A stretch of 64,000 nucleotides of DNA, taken from assembly GCF_009914755.1 (NCBI RefSeq), contig NC_060932.1; one strand, 5' to 3'. Shown here piece after piece: positions 1 to 14,993 of the stretch. Numbering within the stretch: position 1 is the first letter of the stretch; each line of letters begins with the position of its first letter. Under the pieces are notes generated by a model. The model saw only the letters and a program-made list of their open reading frames with translations, was not told the origin of the DNA and did no database searches. The stretch is from the human T2T-CHM13v2.0 reference genome, Homo sapiens. Position numbers and translations under genes: made by a program.

Positions 1-473
1 GGAATTCTAACCTTAGGCTGTCTGGTTCTGAAGCATGTGCTCTTTCCATGGCACCTTTTTGTTTTGGAAAGACCTAGTAGTAATATCTCCTTTATTATCT
101 CTGACAAGGGAATAACCATTCCTGTGAAGCTGCGCACCCACTGCATATCAGGCACTGGGCCAGGCGGTGGAGGGTCCTGAACAAACAAGCCAGGCAGAAT
201 CCCTGCGCTCAGAGAATGTTTGGACTAGGCTAGCAACTGAGACACAGATGTAAATAATTGTAATACAAGGTAGGTAAGTGACAGTGGGTCTATGGGAGAT
301 AAAGTGCTAGAAGAGGTCTGAAGAGAGAGGCAGCTCCATTTTTTATTTTTCTACATTTTATTTTTTAAAATTTCAAGTGAAAAGTTGAAAGACTAATACA
401 TTTGATACCACTTACCCTTTACCTAGATTGACTCGTTGTTAATATTTTGCCAGATTTGCTTTGTCTCTGCTCA

Positions 474-484
<11 letters not shown>

Positions 485-511
<27 letters not shown>
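485..511. repeat. (CA)n microsatellite preceded by (CT)n
   Basis: Direct reading. Confidence 0.95.
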
Positions 512-515
<4 letters not shown>

Positions 516-1006
516 CACCTCATTTCTAAGTACTTCAGCATGTAGAGAGGTCCTCTTTCTGTAGGATCAGGAAGACACAAGGAAGGATGTGGCATGTAGG
601 GTGTGTCTTCAGGGTCAGGTGGACTTAGACATAAGGAAGTTGGAAGAAGAGTGTGTGGTAGGGAACAAGGGGGTGTCCAAAGGTGCAGAACCTGGAAAGC
701 ACAAGGAGAGAGGGCACTGTGCCACTCAGGAGAGTGTGACACTCAGGAGAGAAGTTAGTGTTAATTGTAAAGAGGGGATGATTGAAGTCATGAGAAAGGA
801 CGAGATTGCTGGGGAGAGAATTGGAGGGTGGGCAAAACAGGGTGAAGTATAGGACTTAGACACTCTCCATTTAGAAAATGTAGAGGGAGGGGAGCTGGAG
901 AAGGAAGGGGTGGTGAGTAAGAGCAGAGAAGAAGAACAGGGAAGGAAGGAAGGGGAAGGAGAACGAAGAGGACAAGGAGAGGGCCACCAAAGTCCAATGG
1001 TTCAGG

Positions 1007-1197
1007 CAGTGGTTGCTCAAACTGTGGTCCTCAACAAGCAGCATCAGTGCTGACTTCGTAGATTGTTAGAAACACAAATACTTGTATCTCCCAACCCAGG
1101 TCCACTGAATTAGAAACTCTGGGGGTGAGGCCCTTTAACCTGTGTTTCAGCCAGGCCTCCTGGCGATTCTGATGCACACTAAATTAGGAAACGCCTG
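1007..1197. mobile_element. MER5A-like hAT-Charlie MITE
   Basis: CAGTGGTTGCTCAAAC start, internal GAATTAGAAACTCTGGGGGTGAGGCCC and GATTCTGATGCAC motifs, ~190 bp. Confidence 0.8.
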
Positions 1198-2520
1198 ATA
1201 TAAAGATGCTGCTAAGAAGGCTGCCCTTGATTTAAAGAAAGCAATTTCAGAAGTAAATTTATACACGCACATGTGAACAAAAGCCACGTAGAAAGACATT
1301 CATTGCAGCATTATTTATGACAGGAAAACACTGGAAACAACCTAATGTTGAAGAAATTGTCATTCCATATTTCATACTTTTTTAAAGGGAGAGAGAAAGT
1401 GATCTTCGGACTTTATTGTTAAGTGAAAAAAAGCAAGATGCAGACCTGTGTGCGTTTTATGCTACCATTTGTGTAAAATAGGAAATGAGGTGTATTTGTA
1501 TTTGCGTAACATGTTTCTAGAAGGATACTCAAGAAATTGTTGGTTGGCTGGGAAACAAGGAAGGGAGGTCATTTTCACAGTTTACCCTTCTGTGCCTTTT
1601 GGATTTTGCACCATTTTCAGGTGTTAAAAACTCAAAACAAGTTTTACGTATTAAACATGAACAGAAAAAGCTTCACATAACAAATGCCGAAAAAGTCGAG
1701 TGAATGAATCTTTCAGTCTGTACTTAAATTCTTCTTCTGCCTGGGAGCTCATTATTTCACCAAGCAGCCCAATCTCTCATTATGCACATCCCTCATCCTG
1801 ATGTGCTGCTTCGCAAGATCTGCTCGAGTGACAGAGCAGAGCAGGAGAAACTGTTGTAGTTTGAAGAGCAGTGAAGGTTTCTGCCTGAGAGACTTCCCCG
1901 TGCTCTCCCCAGCAATACCTGGGATTCAACCCCTCCCAAAGTGCTGTGGGGAGAGAGATTTAATGTTTTCAAATCAATTCTCCTTAATTAAATGTTTGTT
2001 CCATTAATGCAAATCATAACTAATCTACCTGTGGATCATTTGAAGTTAGCTTCACAAAATCCCCAGGGAGAGAATCCAGCTGGAAGGTAGCAATAGAGGG
2101 AGGAAGTAGTAATCCTACAGGAAGGAGGGCTTGAACTGGGGGACCCTGGGAATGCTAAGGAGGCCACCCAGGCAGGAGCATTAGGGAGGTAAAATGGAGA
2201 GGGCTTTGTTGATTCTGTCATGGGGGTGAGAGCTTGGAGTTCAAGAACAGGACCAGCTGAGAGACTAGGTGTCTGAAAGGAGAGAGATAATGTTGACGAT
2301 AGTAACATTCTTTCGATTTTCATGACACTCTACTGTTTAAAAGTATTATTTCATATAAGTGTCACAGTACCAACGTAGGGGCTGTTATACCTATTTAAAA
2401 GAAGAAAGTGAGTCCCAGAAAGGTTAGACAATGAGTCCAAGGCTGTAGTGCTAGGGTTTGCACCAGGCACACCATTTTGAGCCTCTTGGCAGATGTTTTT
2501 TTCTGTCTTTGCTTTACTCT

Positions 2521-3023
2521 CGTTATAATCGAACCCAGGTTTGACTTCTCACCACTTGAAAGCCAGACTCAAGAGACAAGGGTTGGTGGAAGGAAAAGCA
2601 AGTTTATTCAGAAAGCCAACGTAACGGAGAAGATGGTGAGCTAATGTTCTAAGGTACCATCTTAAGTCAGTACAAACTTTAGGCTCTTTCGATATTAAGG
2701 GCAGAAGGATAAGAAGAGGATTGAGATCAAGGGGTAACCAGCGACTGCAGACATCTGGACAGCAGTGAGTGTCCGAGGAGGCTGGGAACTTCCTTGTCCT
2801 TGGTCAGGTCACAATGCTCCTAAAAATCTTTAACAAAACATAGTTAGTTGTTTACATACTTCCCCATTCATCCCGGGATTAGTTTTAAAAGCTACATGAC
2901 TGCTGTTTTCACATATTATGTCAGTGCTCTGAAGTCATCCTTGCCTATGTGCACGAATGGGTAAAGACTCCTTAAACAAAAATGGAGTTAGTTATGTTAG
3001 TTCTTTTGCTTTCTTATGTTACA
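2521..3023 (-). mobile_element. Solo ERV LTR, probably ERV1/MER4 group (subfamily uncertain)
   Basis: Minus strand starts TGTAAC...CTAACATAACTAACTCCATTTTTG; minus-strand AATAAA at 2603-2608; ~500 bp. Confidence 0.6.
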
Positions 3024-3729
3024 TCTTCTCACCCACCACCTTCAGAGAAAGCTCTTTCTTCCTCTCACAAAACTTCACTTGTGAGTTGATCTCCTTTATC
3101 CCCTGATTCTGAGGCTCTTGACTCCCACAGCCACTCCTCTCTGGAGCCTCTTACATACCTCATCTCTTGTCATGTGGACACCTCCTTCATCTCAGAAGTG
3201 CCCCGCTGCTTGGACAGCTGCCCACTCCCAGTACTCCCATCCCTCCCTTAGCTGAGGTGCTTCTTCTCCATCTCCTTGACCTGTCTCACTTGCCCAGCAA
3301 TCACCTTCCTCTCCTCCCTTCCATTGGTCTGGCCTCTGGAAGTAGCATGGATGCTCTCTACTACTGAACACAATGGCCTTTTCTCAGTCCTCATGCCCCT
3401 GTCCTCTCTATAGCTTGGATGTCGGAGGCTGTGGCCACAGCTCTATCTGCCTTGGCCTCAGAGATGCACACTTGGCCTCATTCAGTGCTTATTACTGGAT
3501 CACAGTGATAAAAGCAGATTGATTTGCCTTTTTCCTCACCACTCCCCGCTTTTCAGGTTCTTTCTTCACCTTCCAGATATAAACCCTCCTTTTCCATTAG
3601 GGTGATCTCTCCATTTTTTCAGAGCCAGCGTGCGCTTTCTTTCTCTTCCATCTCTCTTTCTCCTGTCTCAAGACTCCTACAGGAAATCTTCCCTGGCTGC
3701 ATTGTTGAGCTCTCTTCTTCTTCTTTCTC

Positions 3730-4025
<296 letters not shown>

Positions 4026-4200
4026 TTCTCTCTTACTTCTTAAAGCAAGCAGAGTCTGGAGTATTCAATTTAATATCTAATTACGTACCTTCTACAACAG
4101 TGAATACTGTTGGACCCCCACCATTTCCTTGAGGGCAGGGCCCTGCCATAGATAGACTTCTGTATTTCCCATGGCCTCTATATATAGCATCTTCAGAGTG

Positions 4201-4217
4201 TGGATGGATGGATGGAT

Positions 4218-4259
<42 letters not shown>

Positions 4260-4281
4260 CATACATACATACATACATAGA
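4201..4281. repeat. Compound tetranucleotide STR (TGGA)4 T (TAGA)10 (TACA)5 TAGA
   Basis: Direct reading. Confidence 0.95.
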
Positions 4282-4489
4282 TATTGATGAAGATATTCAT
4301 GCTGAATATATAGTTGATGCTCAATTTATGATTGTTGATTGATAGATAACATCCAGTCAGAGCAGTTAACTCCACTATATTAAATTGACTTCAGCTACTC
4401 ATATTAATCTCTGCTCTTAGGAGGTATTGTTTATGAAAGCAAGAGCATAGATAAAGTTGTATTTAGAAAAATAATTTATCTTCTCTTAA

Positions 4490-4925
4490 GTAGTTGGACA
4501 AATATTTGTTGACTGTCTACCATGGGCCTAGTACTGGGAATAGAGTGAGCTTGAGGAAGGCAAGTACCCTCCTCTTAAGGGCTTTTCAGAATCATGGAGC
4601 AAACAGACAATTAAACACTAAACAAATAAATAATAAGATAAATTCAAATAATTGTATGGGCGATGAAGAGAGGAGAAAAGAGAAATTTGACAGACTGTGC
4701 CACTGGTCAGGGGCCAAGGGTTTGAGAGGAGGAGGAAGAGGAGGTAAAAGGCAGCTCTCCATGGGATGGTCAAGGCAGGTATTTCCGAAGAGTTGACATT
4801 GGACTGAATCTGAATGAGAAGGAGCTGGCAGTGTGGTGATCTGCAGGGACAGCACAGAAGGCAGAGCACACAGCAGGCAGCGAAGCCTCTGAAAGGAGAA
4901 CAAACAAAAAGTGAGCACTGGAAGA
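4490..4925 (-). mobile_element. L2 LINE 3' fragment
   Basis: AAATATTTGTTGACTGTCTACCATGGGCC...ACTGGGAATAGAG resembles the L2 3' end in reverse; heavily diverged. Confidence 0.55.
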
Positions 4926-7727
4926 ATATGGGGAACTACAGTAGAGTATGTGAGTCCACCAAGCATGCATCTGCGTGTATACATACATAACCGCAGAATT
5001 GAGAGGAAAACATAAATATTTTATCAGGAAGAAAGGAAGAAATGAAATAAAAAAATTTGAAGAGTACTTTCTAAAAGTGCTATATAATTGTACGTTTTAT
5101 GAAATCTAGGCATTTCTTATGTCCTCAACAAAACATCAAGATCCCTGGGGGCGGGTAGTCTGTCTTGCATCCCGTATTCCCATCTCCCAGCACAATGCCA
5201 AGCACAGAGAGAAGATATTAAATCACTATTTGATGAATACATGCATAAAAAAATAGATGGTTACCCAAAGCTGAGATTTCACATTTTAATATTGTCTACT
5301 TTTAGTCTATCTTCCGTCTCAATTTGGCATTGCATCTGCACACAAATACAATCCTATCAAAGTGGAAGAAGAAAGGTAAAATGTGAGAAAGCTGTCTGTA
5401 GAAGTTCTAAAACCGAGAAAGGAACAGAGTGGAGAAACTGGCAAGAGCACATTTATATAGTTATATATTGTTTGTGAAAGGAAAATGTGTTCTAGTGTTA
5501 AAATGATTATTTCTTATGTATACCTTGTACCTGTAATTTAGAGGCTTCTCCTGTGCAATTTCTTGGAAAAGAATTTTTTTTTCAGTCTCGATTATCAGGA
5601 TATAAGTAGCTTTCTTAGTCTTTAAAAAGAAACATCTTAAAAGTGCAAAATACAGTTGCTTAAAGAGGAAAATAAATACATTGTACCAAATCACAGACGT
5701 TACAATTTTTTGAATCCCAAATTGCTTTCTGAATCAAAGGTAGACCCATTTATTTTAATGGAAAGCTCTCAGAAAAAGCTTTAGGAGTTAATAATCAAGT
5801 TAATGTAGCAATTCTAAAGCTCATTGATTTGTGCTTATTTTAATAAATCTTACTGTATGCATAATGTACAACTGAGGGGTATTATAATTTCAGCAAAGTC
5901 ACTTGTCTTGGGTAGAAACCACAAAATGGGAATTGTAATTCATATGTAACAAATGATTTTGTAAAAAAATGCCAATGTTATGAGACTGCTTCTAATTCTG
6001 GGAAAGATCTTGGTACATTTAGAAACAATCTTTATCTGAATCAATCTTTGAACTGATGACAAAATTAAAATTGTATTTATTATCTGCCTAAATACACCTG
6101 ATCTAATGAATTCTTTCTTAAAAAATAAATTGTGTGCTATTAGCATTATAGGAAAACAAGTAAGAGAGGTTTTAAAAATATTATATGAGCATTTGTAACT
6201 TTCTTAACGCTTGGGAGACAGATAGATTGTTCACGGCATTTATACATCCTTTACATAATCAAGGCTTCCACCGAAGTGAAAAATAACTTTCTGTGCTTGA
6301 CATTTGGATGAACATTTGGTAGAGGAAATTATACCTTTTCCTTAAGCCCCTCTAATACATATTTACAAACAAGTGCTTTGTAGATACACTTCCAAGTAAT
6401 TTGCTTTCACATTTGCCTGCTGTGCATGGAGCTGAGACATGGTTGGGTTTGCAAGATGAAACAAATGAATGCTTATCACTTTCCAAGCTAAGGCTTTAGT
6501 TAATGTCTTTCCATGATTTCCCAAACTCCTGCCCACCCCCAATTTCAGTTAAAGTTCAACCATTTGGGTTTTGAGTGCAGCACAGCGAGACTATGATTGA
6601 TACCATCAAGGTACTGAAACTGTGCTTTGCCAGTGGGTCAGGCAGCTAGGCAAGAGGAAACAATGCCAACCCTATTATAAATTCCTTCCCTTATAGGTTC
6701 ACTGGGAGCTGACAACACAATGTAGCAGAAAAGGCAGATTCTTGTGTTGTTTACTTTTAATGGAATTAGAGAGCCCATTAGAGCTTCTACTAAGGACCTC
6801 TCTCTATTGAGAGAACCTAGCCTAAGTGTCTCCCGGTGAAGTCTGATGTGTGGTAGCTCATTTGACCTTTAAAGACCATCTCTACTGGGTGGTTGGTTTT
6901 TATAACTCCTCCAGGGAAAATTTAGACTATGTATTATAGCATATTGCCAGTAAGCAGTTATTTCAGTGGATCTGGTGGGTCTGTCCCACTTAAATGGCCC
7001 TTGTAAATATTCACAATCCATCATGTCGGCTCTTAGTTGAGACTTGAGCTGATAAGGCCACATTTAATATTGCTTCCTGCCTGTCTGAGTGTATGTATGT
7101 CCACTGTGATTGACATGTGGTTAAATCACTGAGCCAACCATGAATCTCAATAGCTTAGGAAATATTCATCAGAACACTTTTCTCCTCTGGCTCCTGTAGT
7201 TCTAGGCAGGCTTTATGAGGGAGTGGAAAATAACCAGTCTGCGTTAAGACTCCTGTGATTATGGCCACCAGCAGGAAGATCTCTATGAAGCACATGGCCA
7301 AAACGATGAACAACTGCATAGCTCACCAGAGTGATCATTTGCTTTGCTGACATACAACTGCATTTTATACACTCTGGCCAAGATGTTTTTCAGGTGTTCC
7401 CTGAAAAGTATACTTTTTTTTTAACCTAAAGTTTAGTGTTTGATGAAGCTATTGTTATCTTTAGAGCACCATCGTATATTCTCTCTCAATCTTCCCTCTG
7501 ACTTCTGTGATTGCAGGAACCATAACCAGTGCATCTATGCTAGTGCCTAGCACAGCTTCAGGAACTTGGTAGGCGCTTCAAAAATATTTGTTGCATAAAT
7601 GACTGTTAAATAAAAATTCTCTGCCATTAGGGCTTCTCCAGGGACAGCAGACAGCATTTTCTGTCTCTGTGATTGTAGTGGGCAAAATACTTACACCATG
7701 GAAAATCAGTAGGAGAATCGGACATAG

Positions 7728-8194
<467 letters not shown>

Positions 8195-8644
8195 TGTGTG
8201 TTCTTTCTCAGTAGTCTTTGTCACTCAGTTCCTGTGAATCACCTGACATTTGCATCTTTAGTCATTCTCTTTTTCTTTACTGTTCCTCAGTCCTTGTCAG
8301 ACCCCTGCTCTAAGCCCAGTGAATGTGTGGGTTTGTATTTCACTAGTGTTCTCCATGCCCAGGGCTCTGTTTTGTCTTCCTGGGGCCTCTGTGCACACCT
8401 GCCTCTCTGTACACACAACACAGAGGACCACCCTGTGTTGGTCACTGCTGGATCACTTGTCCATCTCCCTCTTGGACTGTCAGCTCCATGAAGCAGGGGT
8501 TTGAGTTTCTTTTCTATCCCCTATATCTAATGTTGTGTTTGACCCATTGTGGGCTTGTGTGGATGTTTACAGACTGAATGAATGAATACATGAATTAAAG
8601 AAATGAATGAAGGAAATGAATGTATTGGCAGTTAGATCATCTTT

Positions 8645-8900
8645 TTTTAAAAGCAACTTTTAATGGTATATATTTAAGACACATATCATGATGTTATGGA
8701 ATACATGTAGATACTTTATCCATCATCTCACATCCAATGTCTCACACAATTACCCATTTCTTTTTGTTTTTGGTAAAAGCAGCTAAAATCTACTCATTTA
8801 GCATTGATTCCATATACAGTACCTTTTTTTTCTTTTTCCCCTGACTTCCCATCTACAGTACAATTTCATTACTGATGGTCCTCGTGTTGTACCTTAGTTT
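8645..8900 (-). mobile_element. L1MA-like 3' end fragment
   Basis: T-tract then GTATATATTTAAG...ATGATGTT...AAAATCTACTCATTTAGC, typical of an L1MA 3' UTR in reverse. Confidence 0.6.
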
Positions 8901-9226
8901 GCTAGATGTGTTGGCATAATTAGATCGTTGTTGGGCACTTGTTTTCAGGCAGTGGCTGGAAGCGTGAGAGCCCAGGGGTCAGGGCATAGGGTTTCTGTAA
9001 TCAGCCTGTCACTAAGCCCTGTCATCTGGCCTGATTGGTGTGGATGTGGTACCCCACTAAGACATTCCTCAGTGCCAGTTGAGGAGCTCAAAAATAAAAT
9101 AAAAATGAGGTTTATAGAGATGTAGCACTACAAATGAGATGCCTGGATTGCCAAAAGCCTACAGGCTTTGGGTTTGAAATGAACTAGATCAGGTCTAGTA
9201 GTTAAATCAAAAATTCAAAAGGCTTT

Positions 9227-9573
<347 letters not shown>

Positions 9574-10695
9574 TGAGGGCTGCTCTCCATAGTGTCGCTG
9601 TGGTGTGAGGGACTTCAGGTCCAAGGCTTAAAGGTGAATGGAAAACCCAGGGAATCAAATAAGATAAGCATTAAATAGTACATCTAATGAAATAGTTTTC
9701 AGAATACATAATTTTACAATTTTAAAGCAATGAATAGTTTAACATTTTATTTTAAATAAAAAGAATACATGTGGCATCAAATGAAAATAGTACCAAGAGT
9801 ATAATATAGTGTGCCTGGATCTCCCCAGAAACCACCTCTTAATCATCAGTGTAGTTACCATGTAAACCTGGGTGCTACACTGATACCTCAATTCCGTGAT
9901 AAATCACTCTTAAATGGTATCAATGGACTGCCATCCACTATTTAAAATGAGGAGAAATTTAGCTCATTTACACTCCTCCCTCTCTTCTTACCAATATTTT
10001 ATAATAAAATAATTATTTTTAGTTCTTTTGTTGGTCAGCACTGTAATCTTAGTAATTTCCTGGAGTTTCCATTTTTTTGAATTCATGTGATTTCTCTTAT
10101 ATCTCTTGATGCGCTGTGCTGTAAGGTGAGGATGTTGATGCCTTCACTAATTCACTATATTTTCTCTCCTGTTTCAGATCTTACATTTAACAATCTTTTA
10201 CTTTTTCACTAACCTGGAAGTATATTTGTATCTACATTTTGTCCTGCAGGGAGGGATCCTAAAGGGAAAATTGAAATCTGAAATTAAGTGACTTGTGTAA
10301 GGTTTCTTAGCTGGTTAATGTTACAGCTGGAGCTAAAACCTGGGGCATTTGACTCCCAATCTCGTAGGCTTTCTGCAGATAAACTCAGTGATTCGCTCAT
10401 CTAATGTTTATTGAGTGCTTATTTTCCTCCAGGCACTAGGTACCAGTAATACAAAAATAATAAGTGGTCTCAAATTGCATGCTTCATAATCATGGAACAA
10501 AGACAGATATGTAAACAAATAACTAGTTTCAATGCAATAATGTGCAAAGGAAGGTGTTATCTGATTTTTTTTTTTATTCCACAGGCCAGAGATTAGAATA
10601 ACTGGTATAACTATTAGAAGTGGCAACTTTGATATGTTGAGGAAACAGTGTTTTACCCAGGCCACTTATGCAGGTTTAAAAAATAAGTAAGACTT

Positions 10696-11159
<464 letters not shown>

Positions 11160-11238
11160 TTATGGGGTTGTTTAGTATTTTGACTTAAAGTCTAAAGTTT
11201 ATGCGTTTATTGTACATTCTTTTTATGTTGACTTGTGA

Positions 11239-11445
<207 letters not shown>

Positions 11446-11661
11446 TAAAGGTATCTTTTTTATTAGATATTACTTTTAATGGCATTTCTTCCTTGTCACC
11501 TTTGCTTGTCTAGTGGTGTCAAAATATTCACTTTACTCATCACAGTGGGAGTGGTAATCTTCTATTCTCAGTTCCTGTTAGATATCTAGGAAGTCTTCAG
11601 TCAACTATTTTTTTTTTTTTTTTTTTAGTTTATCATTTTTATCACTAATTTAATGACTGAC

Positions 11662-12048
11662 TGTTTCTTAGTCAGCTCAGGCTGCTATAACAAAAAACCA
11701 TAGACTGGATGGCTTAAACAACTGAAATGTATTCCTCAAAGTTCTAGAGGCTGGAAAGTCCAAGGTCAAGGTGTCAGCTAATTTGGATCTTAGTGAGGGC
11801 TCGCTTTCTGGCTTGCAGACAGCTGCCTTCTCACTGTGTCCTCACATGGCATAGAGAGAGAGCACGTGCACAAGCTCTCTGGTGTCTCTTTTTCTAAGGA
11901 CACAAATTCTATCATAAAGACTCTACCCTCATGACCTCATCTAAACCCAATTACCTCCCCAAAATTTCATCTACAAATACCATCACATTGGGAATTGGGA
12001 GTCCAACATATGAATTTTGGGGGTACACAAACTTTAGTCCGTAATACA
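11662..12048 (-). mobile_element. MLT1A-type MaLR solo LTR
   Basis: TGTTTCTTAGTCAGCTCAGGCTGCTATAACAAAA...ATATGAATTTTGGGGGTACAC matches MLT1A in reverse. Confidence 0.85.
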
Positions 12049-12239
12049 TTGTGCTATAAGTTTGATCCAGTTAGATAGCTCAAATAACAGATTAATATTC
12101 TTTACTGGGCATAGACCCTGTCCCAGAGCATATCAGGGCATCCGTTATTATTTTGTGGGTTAAATGGGACCTCATCTAGGACTTTTTGGAATGGAAATAG
12201 CACTTATAAAATAAGTTCATTAGTACATATGCACTTAGT

Positions 12240-14400
12240 AAACATGTACTTTGAATCTCCCTGAATCCCACCCCAAAAGAGTTGAAAAATGTGAACAGCA
12301 AAACTTAAAACCCTATGATTAGGTGACAGAAGATCCTCACAAATCCCAAATATGAATGGGACCAAGCATCAACAATTTCAAAACCTGTGTGATATCAGCA
12401 TTTGTGAGGGAAAGTAATGGGGCCACCTGATAGCCAAAGAACAGGAAACCTACAAAGTTTTCCAAAGTACTCACTGGAAAGTGAAGTGGGCTGTCTCAGG
12501 AGAGCATGTGAGACTCGGGTGGGAGGGTACAGATCTAGTGGATTCTAATTTGCCAGTGAGTGCAAGAGGACTGAGCATTGAAATGTTTTAGGCTCTATGA
12601 ATTCTGAGAAGTCAGAAACTAAAGTTCCCTTCTAAGACAAAATCCTGCTTTGGAGAAAAAAAAAAATTATCGGAGTAAAGTCTAAGCTGAGTTGAAAAAA
12701 AAAGGTGAAAAGGAAAGAGGTCAAAATAAAAATGAAGAGGAAGATGGGACGGGATACAGAGTAGGCAGATCTCAGAAAATCTGACTATATTTGTATCACT
12801 CTGTGAACAAACCAGATGGGCATCCTGGGAGCCATGAAGCTAGAAGAAATCCTGGCTCACTCATTTCACTTGAAAATGACCAACAGAAAAGAAAAAGCAG
12901 TTGAATCCCATACAATGTTTCATGAAAAAAGAGATTAAGATCAGACTGACTTCCCCATGAATAATGAATGCCTATCAAAAAGGCCCACAAAACAGGTGAA
13001 AACTGTAGCCTAACATTTCAAAATAAGCTAAATGAAATTAAGGAAATAATGGAAGTTATGAAGATCAATGTAAATCACAATTTGAAAAAATCAACTTGAG
13101 ATGTGTAGAAAATAGAATGACTTGAAAAGAGATGAGATGGAACTCAAGGAATTTAGAAATAAAAGATTAAAATAGATTAGAATTAAAAACTATGCTAGAA
13201 GCAACACAAGAGTAAATAAATATAAAAGATAATGCTCTAAGAAAACAAGCTGGAAAACAATAAAATTTTTAAAATCAGAGAAAATGAAAGAGGTGTGAGA
13301 GAAAATACAGATACAGAAGAAAGATAAAGATGTAATATAGGCCAGGTGCGTGGCTCACACCTGTAATTCCAGCACTTTGGGAGGCCAAGGTGGAAGGATC
13401 ACATGAGTCCAGGAGTTCGAGACCAGCTTAGGCAACAAAGCGAGACCCCTGTCTCTACAAAAAAATGTAAAAATTAGCCAGGTTCAGTGATGCATGTCTG
13501 TAGTTCTAGGTACTCAGGAGGCTGAAGCAGGAGGATTTCTTGAGTCCAAGAGTTTGAGGTTACGGTGACCTATGCTCCAGCCTGGGTGACACAGCAAGAC
13601 CCTATCTAAAAAAAATAAAATCCAATATACATATAATAGGAATCTTTGAGGAAAAAAAAGTAGGGGGATGGAATACTAAAAATACATTGCTTTAAATATG
13701 CATTTAAATACATATGCTCTAAGGAAAACTTTAAACAGAAAGCATATGTATTTAAACAGCCCACCACCCACTTGGGAAAATTGATCCAGTATAACCAATA
13801 CAAAATAGTTAAGCTATTGGACTTTTTGAAAAAAGAAAATAATATTCTTTGGGCATCTAAGTAAATAAAATAAATATTAAATCACTTATAAGGAAAATTT
13901 GATTATCAAACTTTTCAACAGCAACACCTTGTCAGAAGACAATGATATTTAAGGTAATCAAGTAAAGAAAATGTGAGCCAAGGATTTTATATGCAGCCAA
14001 ATTGACTTTGAAGTATAAAGACTGCAGGCAGAAACAAAATAAACAAACCCCCAAAATCCAGAGAATATTTCTTCTCGGGGACTCTAGTAGTCAACAAACT
14101 TTAGACAAGCAATATTACTGTAAAGACATTGATAAAACGATGGGTGGTGAGCATTCAGGATCTATTTACCTGTAGATCTAATTCTAAATGATGGTGGAGA
14201 CAGTGTGACAGTATATTCTGACAAGGTATAGACATCGTACAATTATTTTAAAATTGGGAAGGATAGGAGGGGTATATGAGAAATAAGTTGACTAACTGCT
14301 TACAGAGATTAACTGTAAGTGAAAGGATAGTACTTCATATTAGATGCTGGGAAGAGAGAGGAACAGGGAGCAGATATTAGTAGCCAGTTCACTATTGCCC
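12240..14400 (+). mobile_element. Ancient HAL1/L1M ORF1-region remnant, interrupted by an Alu
   Basis: A-rich; AAATGTGAGCCAAGGATTTTATATGCAGCCAAATTGAC resembles the L1 ORF1 C-terminal region. Boundaries approximate. Confidence 0.5.
13340..13620 (+). mobile_element. AluJ-type
   Basis: GGCCAGGTGCGTGGCTCAC...GAGGATTTCTTGAGTCCAAGAGTTTGAGG...A tail. Confidence 0.92.
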
Positions 14401-14409
14401 AACACTCTT

Positions 14410-14743
14410 TTTTAAAATTATTTTTCCGTAAGTTATTGGGATACAGGTAGTATTTGGTTACATGAGTAAGCTCTTTAGTGGTGATTTGTGAGATTTTGGT
14501 GTGCCCATCACCCGAGCAGTACACACTGCATGATATTTGTAGTCTTTTATCCCTCAACCCCCTCCCACTTTTCCCCAGAAGTCCCCAAAGTCCATTGTAT
14601 CATTCTTATGCCTTTGGGTCATCATAGCTTACCTCCCACATATCAGTGAGAACATATGATGTTTGATTTTCCATTCCTGAGTTACATCACTTAGAGTAAT
14701 AGTCTCCAATCTTATCCAGGTCACTGCAAATGCTGTTAATTCA
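14410..14743 (-). mobile_element. L1PB-type 5'-truncated 3' end with target-site duplication
   Basis: GGTTACATGAGTAAGCTCTTTAGTGGTGATTTGTGAGATTTTGGTG; TSD GCCCA(A/T)CACTCTT at 14397-14409 and 14744-14756. Confidence 0.85.
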
Positions 14744-14993
14744 GCCCATCACTCTTAAAGGTGCTGCAGTCAGTTGTATTAAAGGTGTATGTACTGTTAA
14801 CATGTCCGAGAGTTCTGGTTTAGCAGTGGCAGGAGAAAGCAGAGATGGTAAGGAAAACAGAAAGAAAACGCATTAACAAGAACTGCACAGGGGTTAGGGA
14901 CATGTGGCATAGCAGTAAATATCCCTAAAGTCTCAACGGCCTTTCAGGCCATGATGATTTCAGTTAATGCCAATCTTCCAGCCATCACAGCAG

